Shown here: piece by piece, positions 14,524 to 22,487 of the stretch
Position numbering within the stretch: position 1 is the stretch's first letter
Layout of the letters: each line of letters starts with the position of its first letter
Virus record (IMG/VR): IMGVR_UViG_3300033067_001359
Coordinates: 1 to 38,443 of that record
DNA length: 38,443 bases
Origin: a virus
Taxonomy: Duplodnaviria; Caudoviricetes
Direction: 5' to 3' (one strand)
Notes under the pieces: generated by a model
The model's database searches: none
The model's input: the letters and a program-made list of their open reading frames with translations, nothing else
What the model was told of the DNA's origin: nothing
Program-made: the position numbers and the translations under genes

Positions 14524-16924
14524 GAAGCTGTCGCAGGAAGATCTTCTGCTGATAGCATCACAGGTAACGGATCTAAAGCGAGCCAGGCGGCAGAAGAAGT
14601 TAGACTTCTACCTGCGAAACGCGCATCCAAGCCAGATTCAATTCCACAAGGCAACGCAGCGGATACGGTACATATTCGCTGGGAACAGGTGTCTTCGTGG
14701 CGATCAGCGAGTCATCACGATTGATGGCCCGCTCGCCATTTCCCAAATCACTCGTCAGACAAAGTATCTTTCGCGTCGTCCGGATGGATCGTTTGGTTAC
14801 TCTCTAGGTAGCGTTCCATTCCAGAAAACTGCGGATGATCTTTTCCTAGTTCGTCACGAGCACGGAGAATTTGTCGCTTCCGGATCTCACCGAGTTTTTT
14901 GCGCTGATTATACGTATCGATCTGTTCGGGATCTGGATTGTGAAACTTTCCTTTTTCATACAACCGAGAAAGCAGTTTCTTCTTCCCCTCTTCAGACCAA
15001 TTGGGGCATTTCCCTTTCAGGGTTGCGGAGAGATGTTCTGCATTTGATTGAAAAAGGCGCAAATTTTCTGGTGCGTTGTTTAGACGGTTCCCGTCGATGT
15101 GATCAACAACCTCGTGCGGCAGAAGATAGCGACCAAGCTTTTGCTCCATCACTAAGCGATGTTCAAGGATCAGGCCGCGAAGTCTTTTCTTCCCAGGTTT
15201 CCGACAATAGGGGTGCCCAAGGGGAGCTGTCACAAGGACATAACCATCCCGATCAACCTTCCTTCCGCCCTTCCAATTCTTTGAAAGTTCTCCCGGAGGA
15301 GCCTTCTTACTTCGTGGAAGACCCCATCGTTCCTGAATCCCACGAACATAGCGCGGCGTGCAGCCAAGCATCTCCGCAATCTCTCGGCTTGTTAGTTTCC
15401 CGTCTGAAATCTCCTCAATCTTCTGCTCAAGAACAGGATCTTTTCTTTTCCCCATGGCGACTGGCCCCCTCTGTTTCCAGGTTAATTGAGATTAGAAAAA
15501 TCGCAACGGAGCCAGTTTGGGATGTAACGATTCAAGCCACCCATAACTACGTAACCGAAGATGGAACGGTGCATGAGAACTCCGGCAAATCGACAGCCGG
15601 CATGGCCGAACTCATCTGGCGCTGCATGGGCACGCACCCATTCCAAAAGGTAAAGATACCGATCAAAAGTTGCGTCATCCTGATCGACTTTGAAAACGCC
15701 TGTAAATCAGTCTTTGAGCCGAAGCTTACGGAATGGGCACCTGAGGGTTCCATCAAAAAGCTTGAGCGCCACCAGGGCGGCGCCATCAAACGCATCTATT
15801 GGACCAGTGGCTCGATCACGGATGTCTATTCGCATGACCAGGCGATCTCCGTCTTTGAAGGCAGCGATTACGACTTGGCTTGGTTTGACGAGCCGCCGCC
15901 GAAGATGATCTTCAACGCTGTCTGGCGCGGGATGACTGACCGTGGCGGCATGATGTATCTGACAGGCACTCCGCTAACTGCACCCTGGCTCTTTGATGAA
16001 TGGAAGAAAGTCACCGAGCAAAAGGACCCGCTCCGGTGGGCGATTCAGTTTCACTCAAAAGAAAACGCATCAAACCTTGGCGAGGGAAACCGTGAGCTTG
16101 GCTTAAAGCGGCTTGAGGAGTTTGCCTCGATGCTGTCGCCGGAAGAACGTGCGGCTCGGTTAGAAGGTGGCTTCATCCAGATGCAGGGCCTCATCTTCAA
16201 AACCTGGAACCGTGGCACGCATGTGATTCGCCAGTTCCCGATCCCGGTGCAGTGGGAGATTATCGAGTCAATTGACCCGCACCCGGCAAAACCGTGGGCG
16301 ATAACGTGGACCGCGAAAGCATCCAATGGCTCAAAGATCCTACTCTCTAGTCTCTATGCGGACGGGACAATAGACGACATCGCAACTTCAATCGTGATGG
16401 GTCGCGAGCAGCTGGAGATAAAAGATGGTTTGCGGCCGCGAATTGCAAAGACGCTGATTGATAACGCATCCAGTGTCCCGCTCTGGCAGCGATCAAATAC
16501 TGACCCGACGAGTCGTCGATTGTCTGTCCGCGAGGAGCTGGAGAACATGATCGGGCCACGAGGTGCTGGCGGCCCGCGAGTAACCTGTGCACCAAAAAAC
16601 GTTGCCGGAAAGATTGATCTTTTCAAGCGATGGCTTACTGTAAAGGAGAGGCGGGGTCAGGTTAGGGCTGACTTCTACGTTTTCGATAACGAGGATAACG
16701 AGGGATTTATCCGCGAAATTGAAATGTATCAGTGGGCAAAGTTCAAGGCGCGTGATCGCCAAGATGAAGCTCGCGGCAGTCCGGTAAAGAAACATGACGA
16801 TCTAATAGACTCAGTCTTACAGGTCGCACTCACGGAGGGGGAAGAGCCGGAGAGTCCAGTGGAGGGTAGCCTCGACATGACTCAAGGGTTCCAGGGATAT
16901 GGACAAAGAGCAGCAAGTACCTAA
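14492..16924 (+). CDS. terL: terminase large subunit, intein-containing
   Basis: Spliced Walker A AGNR/SGKS, Walker B AWFDE, TGTP coupling motif, nuclease IDPH...HDDLID. Confidence 0.93.
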   Translation: MMSQINLKELEKLSQEDLLLIASQVTDLKRARRQKKLDFYLRNAHPSQIQFHKATQRIRYIFAGNRCLRGDQRVITIDGPLAISQITRQTKYLSRRPDGSFGYSLGSVPFQKTADDLFLVRHEHGEFVASGSHRVFCADYTYRSVRDLDCETFLFHTTEKAVSSSPLQTNWGISLSGLRRDVLHLIEKGANFLVRCLDGSRRCDQQPRAAEDSDQAFAPSLSDVQGSGREVFSSQVSDNRGAQGELSQGHNHPDQPSFRPSNSLKVLPEEPSYFVEDPIVPESHEHSAACSQASPQSLGLLVSRLKSPQSSAQEQDLFFSPWRLAPSVSRLIEIRKIATEPVWDVTIQATHNYVTEDGTVHENSGKSTAGMAELIWRCMGTHPFQKVKIPIKSCVILIDFENACKSVFEPKLTEWAPEGSIKKLERHQGGAIKRIYWTSGSITDVYSHDQAISVFEGSDYDLAWFDEPPPKMIFNAVWRGMTDRGGMMYLTGTPLTAPWLFDEWKKVTEQKDPLRWAIQFHSKENASNLGEGNRELGLKRLEEFASMLSPEERAARLEGGFIQMQGLIFKTWNRGTHVIRQFPIPVQWEIIESIDPHPAKPWAITWTAKASNGSKILLSSLYADGTIDDIATSIVMGREQLEIKDGLRPRIAKTLIDNASSVPLWQRSNTDPTSRRLSVREELENMIGPRGAGGPRVTCAPKNVAGKIDLFKRWLTVKERRGQVRADFYVFDNEDNEGFIREIEMYQWAKFKARDRQDEARGSPVKKHDDLIDSVLQVALTEGEEPESPVEGSLDMTQGFQGYGQRAAST
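14690..15580 (+). mobile_element. intein (297 aa) in TerL Walker A
   Basis: Starts CLRGDQRV; block B ASGSHRVF; block F VWDVTIQATHNY; ends VHEN followed by Ser+1. Confidence 0.9.
14748..15455 (-). CDS. HTH + HNH homing endonuclease encoded antisense inside the intein
   Basis: SREIAEMLGCT HTH, NWKGG, EHRLVME...VVDHIDGNRLNNAPENL; AGAGGGGG RBS 9 nt upstream of ATG. Confidence 0.9.
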   Translation of the reverse strand: MGKRKDPVLEQKIEEISDGKLTSREIAEMLGCTPRYVRGIQERWGLPRSKKAPPGELSKNWKGGRKVDRDGYVLVTAPLGHPYCRKPGKKRLRGLILEHRLVMEQKLGRYLLPHEVVDHIDGNRLNNAPENLRLFQSNAEHLSATLKGKCPNWSEEGKKKLLSRLYEKGKFHNPDPEQIDTYNQRKKLGEIRKRQILRARDELGKDHPQFSGMERYLESNQTIHPDDAKDTLSDE

Positions 16925-19121
16925 GAGAGATCAAACGTTACCTGATTCGCAGATTGATGAGGAATACGTATCGCGGATCGCCAGGGAAACCTGGCAGCAG
17001 TCCGAAGTTGAGCGCAACGAATACCTAAACCGTAGACAGGCCTATGAGGCAAGTTGGCGGCAGCTCGACAATCCTGACTTCACTGGTCCCTGGGAAAACG
17101 CCGCAAACTTCCATGTGCCTGTAGCACTCACCTACGGCAAAGCCGCTCATGCGCGTCTTTGGCAGCTCTTCTCCAATCAAAATGGTTTCTTCAACGTTGA
17201 AGCGCGCCAGGAAGTCTTCCGCGACAAAGAAGTCAAAATCAAACAGTTCATGGATTGGGTGTGGGAGAACTGGGCCAACAGTAAGATCGGCTGTCGCCGT
17301 GAAATGGACCGTTGGCTTTGGGATATCGTCTTGTCTGGTTCCGGTTTCCTTAAGTGTTACTGGAAAAAAGAAGTTCGCCGTTACATGGGAGTGGAGACGG
17401 TCATCGAGCAGAGCCAAGAGCTGACGTTTGATCCGGCCTCTCTCACTGGCGTTCAGACCGATTACAAAACCAAAGCCGTTCAGAAGAACGTTGAAACCGA
17501 AGAGATCCTGGAGACGCCGCAAGTTCGTCGCATTCTCTTTGAAGACATCGTTATGCCGATTGGCGCGCCTGATCCGCAGGAATCCCATCACGTTGTAACG
17601 CGCGTCTATATGACCGATGACGATTTGAAGGCGAAAGTCGCCCAAGGCATCTTCTTTGAAGGTGCCGTTCAAGATTCGATCACGGCTCGTCAGAACATTT
17701 ACATGGTTGGTGATCAGGGCAACCAGCTCAAGCAGGAGCGGGTTGATATCGACGGCTTCTCGGTGAACGGTACGCGGTCTGATATCAATGATCGCCACGT
17801 CATCCTTGAATACTACGGCCCGGCATTTGTTGAGCATCAGGTAAACGATGTCTACGAGGCAGCTCAAGATCTCAGCCGCAGTAAGCAGGAAATCGTAGCT
17901 TGGGTTCACTGGGAAACCCGGCGTGTACTCGGATGGACTTATCTCTCGCGGATTAGCCCGTCTGGCCTTCGCCCAATTTTCAAAGCGGATTTCATTTCGT
18001 TCCCAGACCGCACGCAAGGTGTTGGCGTATCGGAGGTGCTGTATGACATTGGACGTAATATTGATGCTATTTACAATATGCGTGTCGATAATGGCACTCT
18101 CGCTTCCATCCCTATGTTTGCCTACCGAGCATCGAGTTCGCTCAAACCTTCCCTCATGCGCATTCGTCCTGGTACTGGCATCCCTGTTGATGATGTTAAT
18201 GACCTTCGTCAGTTCCAGTTCCCGTTCCTGAGTGGATTTGGCTATCAAGAGGAAGCTCAGCTAACTGGTTACGCAGAGAAGATGCTGGCCGTGTCTGAGC
18301 TTAACCTTGGCCGTGCGCCTGAGAAAGTTGGTGCGCTCCGTAACGCTACCGGCTCCAATCTGATCGCATCCGAGTCCGGCATCCAGCTTGAGATCCACTT
18401 TGACCGTATCGCGCACACGCTCTCGCGAGTGCTTCAGTTCATGTTCCAGCTTTGCCGTGAACGGATGCCGGAGAAACTTTTCTTCCGCGTAACGGGCGAC
18501 ACCGGCAAGCCGATCTTTGGCCAAGTGAACCGTGACGATCTGATGGGCGAGTATGACTTCAGAATCTCGGTGGACATTTTGGGTCAATCGCAGCTGGAGA
18601 AACAGCAACAAGCCGTGATGATGATGCAGACGTTGATGAACCCGATGTTCACGCAGACGGGAACCGTGACGCCTTCTAACATCTACAATCTCGGTAAAAA
18701 TTTCCTGAAGGCGTATCGAGTTGGTCGTGTGGACGATTACTTGACTCCGCCGCCTGACTATCAGGGTCCGTCCATCTCCCCGCTTGAACGTATTGCACGA
18801 ATCATGCTTGGCGTGACGGATGGCCTTGAGCAAACGGTACGTCTTCAGGATAACCATGAAGAGGCGCTGGCGGCTTATCAAGCCTTCCAGGATTCTGACA
18901 ACTACGGCCTGTTAACGCAGCCGGCTCAGATCGCAGCTCTTCAAGGGCTCATTCAAAAGACGCAGCAGATGTTGGCCGCACAGCAGGCAGGTGGCAATCC
19001 GAACTTGGCTGGCATGCAGGTGCCGCGTGGTGGCTTTGGTGCCGTCGGAACGCCGATTGGTGGCGGTGGCGAGAGTTTGAGTCCTCAACAGATGGGAGTT
19101 CCTAATGGTCCAGTGGTTTAA
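16899..19121 (+). CDS. portal protein (podovirus-type)
   Basis: 740 aa after TerL; GSGFLKCYW, GVGVSE, RNATG motifs; Q/G-rich tail. Confidence 0.85.
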   Translation: MDKEQQVPKRDQTLPDSQIDEEYVSRIARETWQQSEVERNEYLNRRQAYEASWRQLDNPDFTGPWENAANFHVPVALTYGKAAHARLWQLFSNQNGFFNVEARQEVFRDKEVKIKQFMDWVWENWANSKIGCRREMDRWLWDIVLSGSGFLKCYWKKEVRRYMGVETVIEQSQELTFDPASLTGVQTDYKTKAVQKNVETEEILETPQVRRILFEDIVMPIGAPDPQESHHVVTRVYMTDDDLKAKVAQGIFFEGAVQDSITARQNIYMVGDQGNQLKQERVDIDGFSVNGTRSDINDRHVILEYYGPAFVEHQVNDVYEAAQDLSRSKQEIVAWVHWETRRVLGWTYLSRISPSGLRPIFKADFISFPDRTQGVGVSEVLYDIGRNIDAIYNMRVDNGTLASIPMFAYRASSSLKPSLMRIRPGTGIPVDDVNDLRQFQFPFLSGFGYQEEAQLTGYAEKMLAVSELNLGRAPEKVGALRNATGSNLIASESGIQLEIHFDRIAHTLSRVLQFMFQLCRERMPEKLFFRVTGDTGKPIFGQVNRDDLMGEYDFRISVDILGQSQLEKQQQAVMMMQTLMNPMFTQTGTVTPSNIYNLGKNFLKAYRVGRVDDYLTPPPDYQGPSISPLERIARIMLGVTDGLEQTVRLQDNHEEALAAYQAFQDSDNYGLLTQPAQIAALQGLIQKTQQMLAAQQAGGNPNLAGMQVPRGGFGAVGTPIGGGGESLSPQQMGVPNGPVV

Positions 19122-19503
19122 GAATTTGTTCAAGAAAAAGAAGCCAGTGTATGTGCCCCTCATTGAGTTCAATGTTGGCGTGCATCACAACTTCATTGTT
19201 TCCTCTGGGGCTAAGCTCTTTAACTGTCGCAACGAGGAAGGATTTCAGCTTCTCCGTCGCGTCATTGAATCAAACCGGAACTTGGAGCTTTGTTCTCTGG
19301 CATCGCTGAGAGCAGGAGACACGTTGACGCTAGCAAAGGTGCAAGGACGCCTTGAAGCGCTCACGCTGCTTGGAAATTACTGTCAGGACGCAGTTGATCC
19401 TGAAATCTATAAAGCGCGGCTAAAAGATAACGAAGAGAAGAAAAAAGACACGGCAAGGATTCTGCGTATGAGTCGCGGCGTCAGTGCTGATGCGGTCATT
19501 TAA
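19105..19503 (+). CDS. hypothetical post-portal protein
   Basis: 132 aa, KVQGRLEAL pattern. Confidence 0.65.
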   Translation: MVQWFKNLFKKKKPVYVPLIEFNVGVHHNFIVSSGAKLFNCRNEEGFQLLRRVIESNRNLELCSLASLRAGDTLTLAKVQGRLEALTLLGNYCQDAVDPEIYKARLKDNEEKKKDTARILRMSRGVSADAVI

Positions 19504-19520
19504 CTAAGAAAGGAAAGATC

Positions 19521-19670
19521 ATGGCTAGTGCAATTAAACCCACCCAACGTCGTCTTGAAGAGCAAGGATACACCCAGAAGAAGGGTCCCAAGGCTCCCGC
19601 AGGAAAAGGAAAAGATGCGCCTATGAAAAGCGTCAAGAAACCGAAGAAAGGAGTCACTTATGGCAAGTAA
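19521..19670 (+). CDS. Lys-rich 49-aa peptide (not in ORF track)
   Basis: AAGGA RBS; MASAIKPTQRRLEEQGYTQKKGPKAPAGKGKDAPMKSVKKPKKGVTYGK. Confidence 0.6.
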   Translation: MASAIKPTQRRLEEQGYTQKKGPKAPAGKGKDAPMKSVKKPKKGVTYGK

Positions 19671-19743
19671 GAAGAAAGCCCCGAAGAAAGCCCCTAAAAA
19701 GGCCGTTTCTAAAATGATGGGCAAAAAATCCAAAGGCTGCTGA
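19660..19743 (+). CDS. Lys-rich 27-aa peptide (not in ORF track)
   Basis: AAAGGAG RBS; MASKKKAPKKAPKKAVSKMMGKKSKGC. Confidence 0.55.
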   Translation: MASKKKAPKKAPKKAVSKMMGKKSKGC

Positions 19744-19790
19744 TTTAGTTTTCAGCCAAGTTAGGTCATTATGAAGGGGAGGGCACTCGT

Positions 19791-20510
19791 ATGAGTGAAG
19801 AACAGGGCTCCGTGGAAGAAGAAACCACGAGCGAAGGCAACGGGGCGGAGGGAACCTCGGAGCAGTCTCAGGGAACTGGGGCAACCAAAGAAGACTTTGA
19901 ATTCCTTAAGAATCAAAATGAGCAACTTTCACAGCAGGTGAATCGTCTCTTGGCTAGTTTGCAGCCTAAAGCGGCAGAAACCGCACCGGGCCTGACTCGC
20001 GAAGAGATGGCAGCCGTAACCGCTGATCCTAATAAGATCGGTGACATTGTGAATGCAAAGCTCACGCAGGCAACGCACAAGCTGACGGAAGATCAGCGGC
20101 GTGCACAGTTTGATGCGAAAGCAGAAGCTGAGTTTCCTGCGATGAAGACCGACGAGAAGTTTAAGCGTGAAGTGCTTGCGGCCGCAAATGAGCTGATGGC
20201 TCAGGACGGTACTCCGGCAACCTCGCCGACTCTTCTCTACCGTGCCGCGCAACTGGCCGCTGCAAAGCGTGCCGTTAGCGGTAACAACAAGGGAGTCACA
20301 AGCAACATGCCTACCAGCGAAAGTCCCGCAACTGGTCGCCCGCGTCAGGCACAAGGCACCGCGAAAATTGACGATAACGATCCTCGGATCGTTGCGGCAA
20401 AGACCATCGGACTGTCGAAGGAACAAGTTGATCGGCTGAAGAAAACGCTACCGGCTTACGTTCCCTCGCAACGCAAACAAGGAAGGGTTTTGACTCGTGA
20501 ATCTCGCTAA
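19791..20510 (+). CDS. capsid scaffolding protein
   Basis: Acidic N-terminus, coiled coil, position upstream of capsid genes. Confidence 0.7.
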   Translation: MSEEQGSVEEETTSEGNGAEGTSEQSQGTGATKEDFEFLKNQNEQLSQQVNRLLASLQPKAAETAPGLTREEMAAVTADPNKIGDIVNAKLTQATHKLTEDQRRAQFDAKAEAEFPAMKTDEKFKREVLAAANELMAQDGTPATSPTLLYRAAQLAAAKRAVSGNNKGVTSNMPTSESPATGRPRQAQGTAKIDDNDPRIVAAKTIGLSKEQVDRLKKTLPAYVPSQRKQGRVLTRESR

Positions 20511-20934
20511 TAAAAAAGATTGGAAATTTTCGCTGAAGAAAGTCAACCGTGACGATATCACGGATCTTCCTTTTACGATTCACGGCATCCAGCTTCGTTG
20601 GCTTGCCAATCGTAAGAATGAGAACCGCCACATGGCCGGCCAATGGAAAACCTTGAAGAAGAGCGATCTTCCGAAGGATCTCGTGGCAAGTCTTGAGGAG
20701 TCGTACATCGGGATTTTCGGTGACGGTGACACTATCCGCAACGGGGATCTTGTCCTTGGATACGCAAGCATTGAGCATGCACGCGAACTTAAAAACGAGT
20801 TGGCAAAGAGTGCTCGGGATCAGGCAGAGAAGGTTTTCCGGAAACCTACCGAGTCTACCCCTAACAATGCGCTATCCATTGATCGGTCCGAGACGGGTAT
20901 CGGCAACGTCGGCGAAGAGTTTTTTAACAAGTAA
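20497..20934 (+). CDS. hypothetical head-region protein
   Basis: 145 aa, LRWL...GDLVL pattern. Confidence 0.7.
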   Translation: MNLANKKDWKFSLKKVNRDDITDLPFTIHGIQLRWLANRKNENRHMAGQWKTLKKSDLPKDLVASLEESYIGIFGDGDTIRNGDLVLGYASIEHARELKNELAKSARDQAEKVFRKPTESTPNNALSIDRSETGIGNVGEEFFNK

Positions 20935-20961
20935 TTTAACTTATCTCGGGGGGAGATAAAC

Positions 20962-21465
20962 ATGGTAAATGCAAACAATGCCTTCGGCCTCCGTCTTTCG
21001 ACGGACGAGGGTAAAGAGTACCGGGTTCGCCGGTATCCGAAAAAGAGCGGCAACGCTATTTTTCCTGGTGACCCTGTAATCGCAGACGCAGCCGGCACGG
21101 TTGACGTTGGTGTCGCAGGTGGCGCGCTTCTTGGCGTGGCACTTGAGTACGGCGCAGCAACCTCGACTGATCCCATCGCAGTGTGTGACGATCCTGAAGC
21201 TCTCTTCTCCATCCAGGCTAACAGCCAAGTGGTGGCAGCAGATACCTTCTTGAACGCAAACGTTGCAGCTGGTGCAGGTGATGTGAGTCTTCGTCGCTCC
21301 AAGTTCACGCTTGATGTCGGCGCAATGGACACTACGGCAACCCGTCAGTTGAAGATTCTTGGTCTGACCTCGATTGCATCGAACGCCTTCGGCAGCTTCG
21401 CGCAACTGAACGTTAAGATCAACAACCACGTCTTCAAGGGCGGAACGGGAACTGCTGGCGTCTAA
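20962..21465 (+). CDS. capsid cement/decoration protein
   Basis: NAFGLR...AIFPGDPV...VCDDP; immediately before the MCP. Confidence 0.65.
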   Translation: MVNANNAFGLRLSTDEGKEYRVRRYPKKSGNAIFPGDPVIADAAGTVDVGVAGGALLGVALEYGAATSTDPIAVCDDPEALFSIQANSQVVAADTFLNANVAAGAGDVSLRRSKFTLDVGAMDTTATRQLKILGLTSIASNAFGSFAQLNVKINNHVFKGGTGTAGV

Positions 21466-21494
21466 CGCTAGCGTTTAATCGGGGGGATTAAAAA

Positions 21495-22424
21495 ATGTCT
21501 ATTATGCTTAGAAATCAGTGGTCGGATTTCGTCCTTGAGGACGCACTTCCGGCGCTGGAGTTGATTGTTGAGGATTCTTTCCAAAGCTTCGAGTCGAAGT
21601 ACGACAAGATCTTCAACGTGAAGAACATGCGCACCAGTATTGCGCAAAGCTCGCAAGTGTCGAGCCTGCAACCTGCCGGTGCAGTTGGTGAAGCGGAACA
21701 AGTTCCCCTTCAACGCCTCTACCAAGGTTACGCAAAAACGTACAAGGCAATCAAGTACGGCTTGATGCTGGCTACGTCGCAGGAACTTTTGGACGATATG
21801 GAATACGACGTTTTCACCAGCAACGGTGAGAAGCTTTCGCGTTCCTTCATGTCCACGGTTGAGATCATGGCAGCAAACGTGCTTAATACCGGCTTCTCGG
21901 CCCTTGGCCCTGACGGTAAGGCACTCTTTGCAACCGATCACCCGTCGCTTGCTCCTGGTGTGGCTCCCGTTTCCAACAAGCTCGCAACGCCTGCCGATTT
22001 GTCGATGACGACGATCAAGGGTCTTGCCACGCTTCTGCGGAAAACGACTGACACGGCCGGCAACAAGATCCAAATCAAGCCGAAGAACCTGATCGTCTCT
22101 GCTGACGACGAGTTCCTCGCGAGCGAGCTTCTTGACTCCAAGTTCTTGGTCGACACGGGCAACGCCTCTGTCAACGCCATCAACTCGGTGCAAGTGCTCT
22201 ACGGCATCAAGCCGATGGTTTGGGATTACCTCACGGACGCGGATGCAGTCTTCCTTCAAGGCGACAAGAAGGACCACATGCTCTGCTTCTACTGGCGTAA
22301 GATGGCCGCAATCGCTACCGAATACGACTTCAAGACGGAAGTGGCTCTCACGAAGCTCACTGGCCGCTTTGACGTCGGATACAGCGATTGGCGCGGTATC
22401 GTCGGCACCGAAGGCGCGGGCTGA
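21495..22424 (+). CDS. major capsid protein (Mu gpT-like, HK97 fold)
   Basis: 309 aa; GPDGKALFATDHP, PKNLIV, YLTD, RFDVGYSDWRG. Confidence 0.9.
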   Translation: MSIMLRNQWSDFVLEDALPALELIVEDSFQSFESKYDKIFNVKNMRTSIAQSSQVSSLQPAGAVGEAEQVPLQRLYQGYAKTYKAIKYGLMLATSQELLDDMEYDVFTSNGEKLSRSFMSTVEIMAANVLNTGFSALGPDGKALFATDHPSLAPGVAPVSNKLATPADLSMTTIKGLATLLRKTTDTAGNKIQIKPKNLIVSADDEFLASELLDSKFLVDTGNASVNAINSVQVLYGIKPMVWDYLTDADAVFLQGDKKDHMLCFYWRKMAAIATEYDFKTEVALTKLTGRFDVGYSDWRGIVGTEGAG

Positions 22425-22442
22425 TTTAGTTAGTTGGTCTGA

Positions 22443-22473
22443 AAGGGGGAGGCGCGTTGCTCCCCCTTCTTTT
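22443..22473 (+). terminator. Rho-independent terminator after the MCP
   Basis: AAGGGGGAG/CTCCCCCTT stem followed by CTTTT. Confidence 0.75.
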
Positions 22474-22487
22474 GAGGGGTGTCTTCA

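Noticed and set aside
14690-15580. Group I intron instead of an intein
   Set aside because: The insertion keeps frame and has intein blocks A, B, F and G with Cys1 and Asn/Ser junctions
17025-18881. 407-aa and 206-aa ORFs antisense to the portal
   Set aside because: Codon-aligned shadow ORFs expected from codon bias; no domain features
21468-22277. 269-aa ORF antisense to the MCP
   Set aside because: Codon-aligned shadow of a strongly biased gene
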